Source: Podarcis tiliguerta
Taxonomy: Eukaryota
Length of the DNA: 64,000 bases
Reading direction: 5' to 3' (one strand)
Assembly: GCA_965153285.1 (NCBI GenBank)
Contig: OZ229115.1
Shown here: positions 1-12,568 of the stretch, one piece after another
Numbering within the stretch: the first letter of the stretch is position 1
How the letters are laid out: every line of letters begins with the position of its first letter
Made by a program: the position numbers and the translations under genes
Notes under the pieces: generated by a model
The model's database searches: none
What the model was told of the DNA's origin: nothing
What the model saw: only the letters and a program-made list of their open reading frames with translations

Positions 1-1518
1 TCTTGTCCATAGTTGTTTAGATATTTCTGGCGGCACATGTTCATCTTGGAACTTGTGCTTGAATAGCTGCTGAATGTGCACCTGACTGGCTGTATGCAAG
101 TGTGTGGAACTCATTTCCAGTCCCGGCTCAAAGGTTTGCACAGCGGCAGGAGATGGTGAGGGGAAAGAAACATCTGTTCAAAACCAAACACGGCCTCCTG
201 TTAAATGGCCTAGAACGCTCCTGCTGGTGGGGTCCGGGGTGGGAAAGTGAACCAATGCTGGGAATGTTATGTCTGGAGGAGCTGGATAGGGGGTGTATGT
301 CCGTGGCAGGAGGGGGGCTCCCCCTATATCCTGAGAGCTGGTCACATCTGGGGAAGTCGTCTGGACCAAGTTGATGGCTCCCTCAGCTCACCTGGCTTTA
401 ATGACTCGTGATGCCGCAAGAAGTGGCCTTGTAATGGCCATTCCATGCTTGGCAAAGGAAAGGGGATGAAGGCAGCCTTGCTCAGATTTTTTTATTCCCA
501 TTAGGGACCTGGCACTTTTGCGGTAGAGTTGCCTACAGCTGGACAACATGAATATACGCATCCCCTCATTTTTTAAAAAACAGATTCATGGAAGATCTGA
601 GAAGTTATTAACAATCTATTGTATGAGTATTGCGAGCTGGATTGCTTCATCAATGGATTTCGGTTTGTTTGTATTCTAATTGCTCATTTTTAAATATTAT
701 TACATTATGGCTCATTGCTCTCAGGATATTTTTATTTCACTAGATTGTGGGTGATTTTTGGTTAGGTATGTTTGGTCACCCTGACAGTATTCCACTTGAA
801 CGCTGCCCTAAGCTGGTGTACTGTCGTGAGGTGCCCTTTGAGTGGGCTGCAGCGTGATCACAGGACAGTAGGCCTTGGAGTTTTTTGGCTATATTCTCTG
901 CACCAAAGAGCCCCCACTTTCACAGACACTGAGTCATCAACCTTCTCGTACACCAGACACACCTTCAACCCAAACTTACATTTTTTTTGCCATGGTGGGA
1001 GTGCTGTTTTAGTGACCCACTTATGACCAGGTCTTGACTTGCCAGCTGGAGACCAATAGAGTATGTGGCTTTGAACCACAAGGTATCATATTCAAGTTTA
1101 ACTAAACTTACCAGGTGTTAGAATCAAACCTGGACAGTAACTGGTGACCCATAAGGTTTTTGATGGTCAAAATCCCAAATTATTTGCATCAAACCATGAC
1201 ATCTAGCAAATCTGTCTAGTGCAGGTTGGGAACTCCCATTCAACCTTCTCTGCAGTTTAATGCAGAAGAAAGCCCTATTTTGATTAAGAGGGAATGAGTG
1301 GTTGTGATTGGATCACCATGCTAGAAAGTCTGTGACTGAACTGGCTACTTGTTAAGAATGTCTAAGTTGTTTGTGATGCAGTTGCATCTAGCTTCTTTTA
1401 TTTTATTCTTGTAGCTAACTGCTTCTTATTGCCTCCCCCTTGTAGGCTCAAAGGTACCTTCTGGTACCAAGTCATTTCCTCCACTCATGTGCTTTGACCT
1501 CTTAGTTTGTTCTAAATT

Positions 1519-1900
1519 TGTATTTATTAAAACATTTCTCTCCTGCCTGTCCACTTGAAAACCCACAAGGCAGCAAGCAAAACTTCATTAAAAACCTAGT
1601 ACAAATTTTAAACAACATTAATATGCTAACAGCAAGAAAAAATCTGCAGCCATTCAGCAGAGCATCGAGCTATCAAGAGCAGTAAATAACTGGCAGCAGA
1701 ATACACACAAGACACCAAAAGGACCACTTGAAAAGGACCATCTTTGCCAACAGCCCAGACCATAACAGAGAAGGACTCATGCTTTGAGGAAGTTCTACAG
1801 TGTGAGTGCCACTGCTGAAAATGTTATATCCCATGTGACTATCCACTATATCTCTGATGAGAAGACACATAGGGTGGCATTCAACTTAACTCTTAAGTGG
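1519..1900 (-). mobile_element. Old L2-clade LINE 3' fragment
   Basis: TTTA-type tail followed by degenerate L2 3' sequence (gaggaagttctacagtgtgagtgccactgctgaaaa, the reverse of the 'AFSV.AP.LWN.LP' region). Boundaries are approximate. Confidence 0.5.
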
Positions 1901-2292
1901 GGTATGTGTGTGTGGAACAAGGCCTGCTCATGCAATGAGACTTTCCCTTCTTTCCTCCTCCCTGTGCATGGCCCCCTTATATCCACCAAACCTGTTCTGG
2001 GAGTTTACCCAGTCATCCAGAGCAAATTTAGGGGAAGTGGGTGGTGGGAAGTCCTGTTCTGCAAGGAGACCTAGTTCCACACATGCAGCAACTAACTTGA
2101 ATCCCGCCCATGGAGCAGGGCCTCAATGGAAGATTTTAATGTGTAGGTAGGTTCATGAGGGATAAAGCAGTTGTTGAAGTATTCCAGGCCACAGACCTGT
2201 TTGGCCATTTATTTATTTATTTGGCACATTTCTATAGTGTGCTATATACTGTACTACCTTTTGTCCCTATAAAGGACTCCCAAGGCGACAAC

Positions 2293-2783
2293 GACTGAGG
2301 TCTAGCTCCAAGGGCCTTCTGGCAGTTCCCTCATTGCAAGAAGTAAAGCTACAGGGAACCAGGCAGAGGTTCCTTCTCAGTAGTGGCACCCGCCGTGTAG
2401 AACGCCCTTCTGTTAGATGTCGAAGAGATAATTATACAACCTTCCGTAGATATCTAAAGGCAGTCTTGTACAGTGGTACCTCGCAAGACGAATGCCTCCG
2501 AAGATGAAAAACTCGCAAGACGAAAGAGTTTTTCGTTTTCTGAGTTGCTTCGCAAGATGAATTTCCCTATGGGCTTGCTTCGCAAGATGAAACGTCTTGC
2601 GCCTTTTTTTTTTAAACCGCCAATGTATTCCTACGGGAAACCGTCAATACGCAGTGGTGCTTCGCAAGACGAAAAAACTCGTAGAACGAAAAAACTTGCA
2701 GAACAAATTAATTTCGTCTTGCGAGGCACCACTGTATTGGGTTGCAACCCAGTCAGATGGGCAGGGTATAGTAATAATAATAT
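2293..2783 (+). mobile_element. Younger L2 LINE 3' end, interrupted by a MITE
   Basis: Matches the reverse complement of the copies at 28692-29106 and 63129-63502 (agggccttctggcagttccctc...cagggaaccaggcagagg...cagatgggcagggtata) and ends in a (TAA)n tail. Confidence 0.85.
2471..2734. mobile_element. Tc1/mariner (pogo/Tigger-like) MITE, family A
   Basis: 22-bp TIRs CAGTGGTACCTCGCAAGACGAA / TTCGTCTTGCGAGGCACCACTG (1 mismatch), TA on both flanks, internal reiteration of TCGCAAGAYGA, many intact CpGs. Confidence 0.92.
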
Positions 2784-3869
2784 TACACACACACAGAAAA
2801 ACAAAACCAAGTTTAAACAACCAAAACAGTTTTGAAAAAAAAGTAGGATTAAAGCATAGTAAAGGGTTGCTGGAATAAAAAAATACATTGATTTCATTTA
2901 ACAACCTGAAATAGGAGGCCAATCTATTCTCTCTTGGGAGTGAGTGCCACAAGTGGCATGCCAGCACTGAAAAGGCTCTGTCTTGCATCTCTCTAGCTTT
3001 TCCTATCTAGGTGGCTGAACATAACACAGGGCCTCTGAAGATGAACCCAGTTGAGAGGCTGCTTTAAGGAGGAAGAAGCGACCCTTCAGCTATTTTTAGA
3101 TTAAACAAATGGTGGTCTTCATTCTGTTGCTTGTTTTCAGTTCTTGATCATTCTTGCAACCCCCTCTCCTTTCATGCTGATTTTGCATACTAAAAGACAG
3201 GAACATCTGGGTGGCCCCGACTTCACTACATGTGGGAAATGCAGGACATGGCAAGAGGGATGGACTTCTTTTCTTCTTGCTCTGTATAGAGTGTCACCTA
3301 AAGCTCATTGCCCAGTACTGGGTTTTTCTGCAAAAAGTGACCTCTTTCAGACAAAGGATTCAGCAGTTGTTTCTGGAGTATTCAGAGATGTCTGGGGTAT
3401 TGGGGTGCAGAAGAAACAATATAGCCAAAGGAAGTAGGGCACTAAATAGAACTCCTGGTCTTTGACTGGCCTTTGTGTCCAAGTGGCACACTGTTAACTT
3501 TGCTGAGCATGTCACCTCTGTCATATGGCTGGAAGTCCCATTAGTCACTGGATAATGGCATCTTTTGAGTCTAAGTGCATATTTTTGACCCAGCTTTCCT
3601 CACAACATTAGCAATGTGGGGCTCTTTTGAGTTTGCACCTGCTTCTGGCTTCATTGTTCCAAGGTGGTGGGCCCTGGTTTTAAAGAGGCCCAGCATCATT
3701 GCTTCAAGAAAAAAGGCTTTGCTGAAATGCAGTTGGATCAGGATTTGCATATGTAGATACAGGGTAGAGCGGGGAAATGCTTTGCCCTTTGCCTGCTGGA
3801 GACTGTCCGAAACATCAGTGGGAAGCAGGAAAGTTCCCCTAGCAAGGGGCTCATAAAGCTGCAGGTGTG

Positions 3870-4790
3870 GGGATGTTGTTATTTAGTCTGCCGCCATGGA
3901 ATGCGACGGTTTCTTTTAGGCTTGAAGAGTGGTCTACAATAATTAGTCCATTACGACTCTCTCACCCCGAGCGGAGTGGAGGGGGCAGCCCACCCTCAGA
4001 CTTCTCTGAGTTTCACATCCTGAATTTTATGAACCCAAATTGTTGGGGGCATGGCGTTGTGTGGGAGGGGGTTGAGGGGGTCAGATGCAGTCATCCCCCT
4101 CAATCACTCTGCATTTCTATGGCAACCGAATGCTATTCGGACACTTTGCATTTTGACCAATTTGTGAAAGTTTCCGAGGGAGTGAGCGCAAAGTGAGCTG
4201 TAGTTTCTTTACTGCGCTTGAACCGTCTCCACTGCTTGCCCATTTTATTACACGCTTATCGCCTCNNNNNNNNNNNNNNNNNNNNNNNNNNNNNNNNNNN
4301 NNNNNNNNNNNNNNNNNNNNNNNNNNNNNNNNNNNNNNNNNNNNNNNNNNNNNNNNNNNNNNNNNNNNNNNNNNNNNNNNNNNNNNNNNNNNNNNNNNNN
4401 NNNNNNNNNNNNNNNNNNNNNNNNNNNNNNNNNNNNNNNNNNNNNNNNNNNNNNTTAAGACACTAAGAGCCCAGGGCTTATCAGGGTGAGCAGAGAGCGC
4501 TTGTTGAGCTTTTGAAATGCAGAGAGGCTGTTATAAAACACACTGGGTGATTCTTTTTTTTTTTTTAGCCCATGAAAAAAAAAAGTCGAGAAAGAAAGAA
4601 AATGGAAGGGAGGAAAAAAAGTGTCATCCATTTATCAGGGTTTTCCAGGACTGATAAGCAGAATTCTTCTGTGTGCGTTTCGCTGGAAATACGAGAAGCA
4701 TTAAAAAATTTCACAAGCTGTCTGGGAACAAGGAACAAAATCTTTATTGAAAGGATGTAGCAATCATTTTACTGCCGTCTATCTCCTGGG
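3870..4790. promoter_or_regulatory. CpG-retaining candidate enhancer with GATA cluster, spanning an N-run
   Basis: GATA sites at 4255, 4477, 4632, 4652 and 4779. RFX X-box-like ATTTCTATGGCAAC at 4113-4126. No repeat recognised. Confidence 0.5.
4266..4454. other. N-run, 189 nt
   Basis: Run of N in the sequence. Confidence 1.
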
Positions 4791-6209
4791 AAAAAGGCTG
4801 TAACCAGCAGCTCCCCTACTGGTCACCAACTCGTATCAATGGGATCTTTAGGCATGGCAGCCCAGCTCAGTCTTGCTGGGTGTCCTTTTGCTCCTGCTGG
4901 AAACTTCAGGACATGTATGTTGGTAAGTTCTTCAGAACTACAGGATCCTGAGAGCACTTCTGATGCTGGAACCCTGTTGCCTGTTGAGATTGGTAACTTT
5001 TTCACAATACCCAAGGGGCATGTAGAAAACATTCCATTGCACACAAGCTGTGGGGCTGGTCTTCATTGGCTTGAAGCATCTGTTTTACACAGACACATTT
5101 AAAGAATTTTCATAATGATGATTGTGCCTGTTTACTTACTGTCCCTGCTTTAGTTTGCCTGTCGGCATCTAAGAATAAAACCACTTTGGTTTTAAAGCCA
5201 AATTGAACAGATCTAAGTTGGCTACTAGCCAGCCCTAGTCCACAGGTGAAAGTTATGAAAGCATGAAGAACTAACATTGCTGAGTGGAGGATGCTTCTGC
5301 CTCTTTTCTAGGTAGATAAGGGCTGAGTCATGTTAAGAACTAGGACATTCTCCTTGTATGTGCATCACTTGCTCCTTTTAGCTCAAAAGTAGAGAAGGAG
5401 GTAGATGAGCCAGGGTCGCCCTTTGCACTCACCATTGTGATGCTAAGAAGCTGTGGAGTTCGTAAACATTCCCCCCTCCTTTTGCAGTTCTCCTGGGGAG
5501 GGGGCAGTTCACTCCCTGCTGGCAGCAGAATGGATATCATGGCCCTTATTATGGAGTTAGACAGGCAGAGCCCAACCGCAGAGAGCTGTCAGTCCCACTT
5601 CTTGGTGACAAAAACAAGCCATAAATAAGCAAATGCTTCACAGCAAGGGAGCCTGTATATGTGTGTGTGTATGTTGAAGAAAGGGGAGAGAGAGAAAGAG
5701 AGAGAATAAAAGAGTGTGTCTGTGTGACAGTATTTTTATTCTGTGTATTTGTGCCTGTACAGAAAAAGTACCTGCTGTGTGTGTTTTGGTGCTTTGACTG
5801 TGTATGTGTGTTGTGCTTGTATATGTGTGCACATGTGTATGTACTTAAGTGTGTTTCTGTAGCTATAAGCAATAATTTTGTAGATTTTTTTGCATTAGTG
5901 GAGATCCAAGAGTACCTTATTTGTATAGGTGCAAATTAGTTTCTGTCCTGTGGCACTGAGGGCAGCTATATAACTAGGGATGCTTATATGCAAATATTAA
6001 AAGGCCACACTGTGTTATATTTACAAGAGACTTGCATTTATTCATACACTGTGTATTTCAGCTTTTTGTACAGCATTTTGTGACTGCATGAGACAGCATA
6101 GACATTTTTGCTGCCTGATACAAACATTTAAATTGTGTGAACTGTGTAACCTACAGAATGTTGCAAATCACTTCCTTTAAGCAGGATACACAGAAATTTA
6201 CTGATGTCA

Positions 6210-6465
6210 GGCTCATCCACACTTCCTTTTGTTCTGTGTTTTCTAGGCATAGGTCCGGAATTTCTATGTCTGGGCCTGAACCCTGCTTTCCCTGGGAAAA
6301 TCTGCTGTTTACCACTGAATCAGAACAAATGACAGTCAGTGGTAAACAACGGGTTTTCCCAGGGAAAGTGGTGGGACAATGCAAAAAACCTGCTTGGACG
6401 CTGACCTAGAGAACCCAGACCTGTGCCTAGGAAGTATGGCGCAAAAGAAAGTGTGGCTAGAGCCC
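6210..6465. mobile_element. Palindromic MITE (PIF/Harbinger-like)
   Basis: Nested inverted repeats: ggctcatccacact / agtgtggctagagcc, ctaggcataggtccgg / ccagacctgtgcctag, and ctttccctgggaaaatctgctgtttaccactga / tcagtggtaaacaacgggttttcccagggaaag. Confidence 0.8.
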
Positions 6466-7058
6466 TTCATGATTCATCCTGAATACAAAAGCTGATAGAG
6501 TTTCATGGATCTCTTCCTCCACCATTACTACTCACGTAAGTAACCTACATAGCTGAAGCTCATATCACATGGCAAAGGAAATGTCAATTGCAGCAAGAGA
6601 AGGGGGACACAAGTATGGCATTGCCTTTGCGGGTAAGGAGGTAGGAGAAAAGCAAGTATGCACATTAGATGACACTGGGAGGGTCACAATATAGCACAGT
6701 TGCTTTGTGTTCTCTTGTCATGCCACACTTGTCCCCATAGCAGGAAGTGTAATTTGGGTTCCATATGCTTCTACTAGAGTCTAGAACAGTGGACATCAGT
6801 GGTACAACCTGCCTAGTGTCTCCTCACTTGCATGCCCCTCTCCACTAGCCATGTTATAAGCTTTTGGTTGAACCAGTGCCAGTGCCAGCAGCTCCTTGCA
6901 TGCTGAGTAAAGATGACTGGGGGACTTGAGTTCGAGGGAGAGCGAAGGTAGCTCTCCTCTGAGGTGAGAGGCTTCAAAAAGGTGTTGAGGGAGATCAGAA
7001 AGTGAGATAAAAGGTTAATATGAAGCAGTAACAACAATTATTGTTTTTATTATAATGG

Positions 7059-7738
7059 TGTAGGATAAAAAGAAGAAAGCTGTTATAGAAGGAAGAAGTT
7101 AAGAAAGTGCTATCTGATTATGCCAAGCTCTGCGTCCATCTGCCACCATTTTGAGACTATCTGTGCCCCTGCACCACCATTTTGTAACTGATAGGCCTCA
7201 GTAATTTTAAGTGAACCCTGGGGCTTTGGAGTTTTTAATCTGTGCATTAGAGGACATGGCTACAGAGACCTTAAGGCCTTAGGTCTTCAAGAAGTAGTTT
7301 CTTATGAATCAAAGAAGATGATATTTGTTGAATTTCACACTTAAAAGTACTTCCTTTACTTTTACTGTGAATCTGTTTCATGCTGTTCCAAACAGCTTAT
7401 GAATAGAATATGATCAGAAGGAGATCCTGAACAAATGATTACTCTCCCTAGACAGCATCTAGAGAATTGCAGGAGGGATGAGTAAGGGCACCTCTGCCCA
7501 GTGGAGAAGCAAAGAAGGCGTTTATACCCAAGGACCAATAGATTTCAGGTCCCTAATGTCCAAATCCTTATGATTTACCTTCTGGAATGGTTCCAGCACT
7601 CTACAAAGTATTGGCCCTAAAAAGAAACCGTGATGCAATGAGGACACCCTCATTCTTTATAATTCCATTTGTTGGAGTAGAGATCCTTTAAGCCAGGTCA
7701 TCACCCAGTACCAAAATTTGAATAGTAGGGGTTTTACA
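7059..7738. mobile_element. Possible solo LTR
   Basis: TGTA...TACA termini, 680 bp, internal repeat ccaccattttg twice. TSD is poor (aatgg / gatgc). Confidence 0.35.
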
Positions 7739-8329
7739 GATGCTGAGTTATGTGTGTGTTTGTAACATCGTCTGAAGCTTGTTTTTTCTGTTTCACCCTA
7801 GACTGGAACTGGGGAGGAGGAGGAACTGTAGAAAGGGCCCTTTTCTTATGTCTGGAGTTAGTTCACTGGAAGTAAATAGCAAGTGTGTAAGATGAAATGC
7901 AAGTCTTTGTGAAAGATGAACAGTCAGAAAGTAGGGCTGAGGTCTTAAATATCCAGATCCTACCTCTCTGCTGGTTGGTCTTCGTGTCCCTTCACATTCA
8001 ATGCCTCTATTTTCTACTTGTAGTTAACACCCGTCTCTACACACACACAAGGGAATTCTATCCATGCAAAGGTTTTATATCACCCGCCAGCATTGAATCC
8101 AAGTGGATTAATTAATTCATGTCTGTAAAAAGCTTGTTAAGTGCTGTAGCGATGATTATATTGTGGAGTGCCTAACAACAACACCCCCTTCCGGATTCCC
8201 AATTTGACTCTAAAACTGGAGTAAAGAAGATAGACAGCCAAATAGGGGCCATACTAGGAGGGCTTTAAACTTTGTTGCTCTGTCTAGGCTGAAGTTTGTG
8301 CTTCTTTTCTCTCTCCTTTTTTGTGTATT

Positions 8330-8815
8330 TTGTTTGGGTTAGCGTGGTTGTGTTCCTCCCCTCCCGGCAGCTGCTCAGGATGCAATATTTCCCCCTCACG
8401 CACTCTCTCCCTTATGAAATGGCGTGTCGGTAAGTGCTACTTAAGAAAACACATGTTCTCCCCCTTGAAAGCAGCCCCCCCTCCTCACACCAACACCTTT
8501 CTTTATTCGACCCAAACCTCACCGAAGGGAATTCGCAACAACTGCGGTGATAAANNNNNNNNNNNNNNNNNNNNNNNNNNNNNNNNNNNNNNNNNNNNNN
8601 NNNNNNNNNNNNNNNNNNNNNNNNNNNNNNNNNNNNNNNNNNNNNNNNNNNNNNNNNNNNNNNNNNNNNNNNNNNNNNNNNNNNNNNNNNNNNNNNNNNN
8701 NNNNNNNNNNNNNNNNNNNNNNNNNNCCTCGTCCGCCTGCTCGCTCTTCCCCTCCGCCCTGCTTGCATTCCCATTTGCACTGAGTAATTAGTATGCAAAT
8801 TAGAGCCCAGGACCA
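8330..8815. promoter_or_regulatory. CpG-retaining candidate regulatory element with octamer/homeodomain module, spanning an N-run
   Basis: ATTTGCAC 8773-8780, TAATTA 8785-8790, ATGCAAAT 8793-8800, TGATAA 8548. CpG-rich flanks. Confidence 0.5.
8555..8726. other. N-run, 172 nt
   Basis: Run of N in the sequence. Confidence 1.
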
Positions 8816-10295
8816 CACAAGTTCTAGTATATTACAAGGGCTTTATTATACTCTTGTGAGTGTATGATGGAAATGGCCCATGGCAGTGTTTATCTCACTA
8901 CCTCTCTCTCTGTCTATGTCTCTCTCGCTTTCATCCATACCTAACATTGGCCAAGAATAAACACACATTGCTCTGGGCCCGTCACGTTATGGGTCCCTGA
9001 AGAACTCACCAGCTTGGCTTTGCCCCAGCAATGGGATCTTCTGTCTGGAAATGCCATATCAATGATGTTCATGATAATAATGTTGATGTTGGTGGCTGTG
9101 ATGATGGTGGTGGAATGGTGGTGGATATAGCCCTTCAAACTCACTCAGCTTCTGTCGGCAGTGTTAATAACAGGAAGACCGGGGGAATATTTTTCTGATG
9201 CAAACACTACTCTTTCTGTTTAGTTTGCTGCAACCAATTGACCACTCTCTATGCTGAACTACTCTCCATACATGCTCTCTTGTCCCATTCTGAAATTGCT
9301 GCAGGTTTCCTGTTAATCTGGGTCAAGAACCTTCCTCTGTGAAAGCAAGGTTTTATTCTCTGGATCTCTTGTGTGACATCCAAGGTACTGAGGGAGCAGA
9401 ATGGCTGTGCCTTTCTTGCTGTTGGCACTGTGCCCCTCTCTGTACTGATTGTCTTTGCTTCCTTGTTCAAAGAACAAGTGCAAATATAGCAACACAACTT
9501 TTGTGTTGGCTTGCCAAGTGTGTCAGTCAGGCGGCAGAAGCAGGCTGGGTAAATCTGGTTTATATGGGGAAAGCTTCTGAAGAGACCTGATTTCAGATGC
9601 CAGTAAGATGAAGCTCTTGTATTGATCAAAGGCATTGGATTGATACGGAAGGATCCATTTGATAGAGCATAAAAAGAAGAGAGGATTGGCAGTGGGGCTG
9701 TCTTCTGGGTATAACTGATGGACTACCTTCTCAAGAGTCATTTTCACATTCAAGACCAAGAGGCCCTTGGAAAATTGCAGGGTTTGGTTTTGGTCAAATG
9801 TGCCCCCTTTTAGCTATGTAATTCATGATCCTAAAGAGCTAATCCAGCCAGAGGGCTTTGGCTTGGCCTAGAGAAACCACTCTGCCTTACATCTTGTGGT
9901 GTCTAAATGTACAAATATTTTTTGAGCTTTTATTCAGTCCATGCAAACTTATTGTTTAGTGTGCTGTGCTGTTATTCAGAGGTATTACCAGCATTTCATT
10001 GTGTACACACATCCCAAATTACAGCAGCACCAAAAACATTACCATAATATAATTTCTCATGGCCTAGTAAACCAAAATCTGGGCTTACATTGGAGCACTC
10101 AGACTACTATTTTAAGATAGATATATTCCACCTCAGCTGGCTACTTGTTAATAATTTGGCACAAATTATTGAATATAGGGTTGCTTTATTTTCAAAAGTT
10201 TTTGACTTTTTGGGGGACGGGGACACCCCCCCAAAAAAAATTTGGACTTTTTTTTTTTAAGGCATTTTTCTTTAAAAATCGCCCTAATTGCCATA

Positions 10296-10529
10296 CAGTG
10301 GGTTAAGTACTTAATTCATTCCAGAGGTCCGTTCTTAACCTGAAACTGTTCTTAACCTGAAGCACCACTTTAGCTAATGGGGCCTCCTGCTGCTGCTGCG
10401 CCGCCGGAGCACGATTTCTGTTCTTATCCTCAAGCAAAGTTCTTAACCTGAAGCACTATTTCTGGGTTAGCGGAGTCTGTAACCTGAAGTGTATGTAACC
10501 TGAAGCATATGTAACCCGAGGTACCACTG
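10296..10529 (-). mobile_element. Tc1/mariner (pogo/Tigger-like) MITE, family B
   Basis: TA-flanked CAGTG...GAGGTACCACTG with a small deletion in the left TIR. Near-identical to 36302-36512 and the reverse complement of 35206-35447. Confidence 0.92.
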
Positions 10530-11229
10530 TATATCCCCAGACATTTTGCCGATTTGGCGAAAATCCACCCACACATCATTTTGACGGTCTGATTCCTGTA
10601 CATATGGCAGCCCTATGAATATAAACTGCAAAATAAGTTTAAAAAAGCAAACAAACACCCACCCTTCAATGCTGAGGTGGAATAAAAGCTTTGGGTGGTA
10701 TTCAATTATTGTGTCTCGTCAGCAAAAGGATTCCTGCTTCCACAATGGGGTTTTGAACCCAGGGCCCTACCCAAATCTGCTCCATGTGTTTGGAAACCTC
10801 AGAACAGAATTAAGGCACATGCGCAGGGAGGAGAGGGAGAGAATGTTCTGTTGCATAAGCAAAAAAAATCTATGGTGTAGCACTGCATTGGACATAACTA
10901 TTCTGCTGTATGTAGTTTGCCCTTGTAGGAGAGCATCTGCATGTATGTTTTGTCATCTAGAATAACTCGCCTTTGCTGAGTGGGTTGTCCAGGCCGGTAA
11001 GATGACAACAGAGGGCAATTTGCATAGGGGCAGATTGTTCACCTGGCGAATAAATATTAGCAGAGATGTTGCTCTGTATCTTAGCTGTGTACTTCTACAA
11101 CAGAGCTTTGAAGGTCTTTGGGATCTAGTAGAGAACACGGAAGAGCCGCAAGTCCCCAGGAAAAATGAAAAAACAAAAACAAAAAACCTTGACTGCATTA
11201 ATACTTAGCATAAAATACATGGAGGGAGG

Positions 11230-11600
11230 GGTAGAATCTGTATAGCCGGCAGTTTTTGCAAAGCGCTGAAGTACGCCACACATCACCCTCTGACAGGCCC
11301 TGATGTTAGCTCCCAGAATGGATCACAGGAGACTCATTAGAAAAAACAAATATTATCGCACGCTGTGGTGATTTATGGGGAAAAATGAAAAATTTTGTGT
11401 TGTTGCGTCCTCGCTTTCCTCTGCCTTCATGCAGGAAGGTTATTTATGGCACCGGGCCCTTAGCAAGAAACAGTGAAGCTGTTGCTGCTACAAACTGCTT
11501 CGGTTTGATTTTTATTAGCAACTTAAATTTTTCTTGGCCCAACCCCTTGCCCCTGTTGTTATTAAATTGGTCTCCTTTGAACATAACATTAAATTTGATT
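11230..11600. promoter_or_regulatory. Candidate HOX-PBX-MEIS enhancer
   Basis: TGACAG 11291, TGATTTATGG 11369-11378, TTTATGG 11443, several CpGs. Confidence 0.5.
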
Positions 11601-11972
11601 TTTTTGCTAGCACCCAGTGTCATGTAGCAGATTGGGGAGGGGCAATGAAAGGAATTGCTAGAAAATGTTTCCTCTCATTTGTGTAGCACCATTTTAATTC
11701 AGAAATGCAAGCATACAGTTATTGTCAGAGGAGCAACTATAACAATATTTCCAGTTCCAGCCTATTGTTTTCCACACCAGTTAGAATTAGCCTGTTGCAC
11801 TTGAAGCTGCAGTTTGAATTCTACATAAATATAGCAACATGATGGAAAGACTTCAGGCTTGCAGGATCTACTTGGTTTCTTTCAAGAACTCAGAGATCCA
11901 CCAACTAGAGGCAGATGCAAAATGGTAGCCAGAGTGTAAGGTGGGTGGCAGCGAAGAGCCAGTTATCTATTG

Positions 11973-12568
11973 CAGAGGTTTTCGAGTCCACGGCTCCTTT
12001 GACCAACTACATTCTTTCTGTAGCACCCCTGTGGGGCTCAGGAGCCCAGTTATGTCACCCCTTGCCTGCAGAGCTAGCATCCTCTTACCCTTTTTCGGGC
12101 ACCCTCCCTTAGGAGTGTTCCCTCAGCCTCCTCTCCTTCCTCTTTGGGAGTCTATTGGGCAGCTGCTGCTGCCATCCCTGGTCTCTGAGCTCTCCCCCCC
12201 CCCTCAGAGAGAGGTGTTTCCTCACACTGCCACACAGGGGCCTGAAACTTGTATGTCCATTCCCAACAGCAAGGGCTGGTGGACTGGCTGGCTAGGTTTC
12301 CTTGCCTGTTTCCTTGCATACTCTAAGGCTGCCGCAGCCCCTGGCAGCCAGCACTCCCTGGCTAGCTCCTGAAGCACCATTCACCTGTGGAGCTTGTAGC
12401 CAGGGCTGCAGCAGCAAACAGCTGTGCAAGCATTTGGGAGGCAAAGATGCAAGAGGGCATTAGAGGCGGGAGGGAATGAAGGGGGACAGAGGCCAGTGTT
12501 GCCCAGGCACCCATAACCACCATTCAAGGCACCCCAGGGTGCCACAACAAGCTAGTTGAAAACCACTG
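11973..12568. mobile_element. Non-autonomous hAT transposon
   Basis: Perfect 8-bp TSD ATCTATTG at 11965-11972 and 12569-12576. TIRs CAGAGGTTTTC / GAAAACCACTG (10 of 11 match). Confidence 0.85.

Larger units (their letters stand above)
2207..3110 (-). mobile_element. Older L2 LINE 3' end, split by nested insertions at 2293-2783
   Basis: (ATTT)n tail at ~2207-2222. ORF 2644..2988(-) begins QDRAFSVLACHLWHSLP, the L2 ORF2 C-terminal motif. Confidence 0.6.

Noticed and set aside
2471-2734. CRISPR-like repeat array (TCGCAAGAYGA)
   Set aside because: Repeats are ~11 bp, irregularly spaced, and lie inside TA-flanked TIRs in a vertebrate genome. It is a MITE.
5655-5860. TG/GA-rich tract giving His/Thr- and Cys/Val-rich ORFs
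   Set aside because: Decayed dinucleotide low-complexity sequence.
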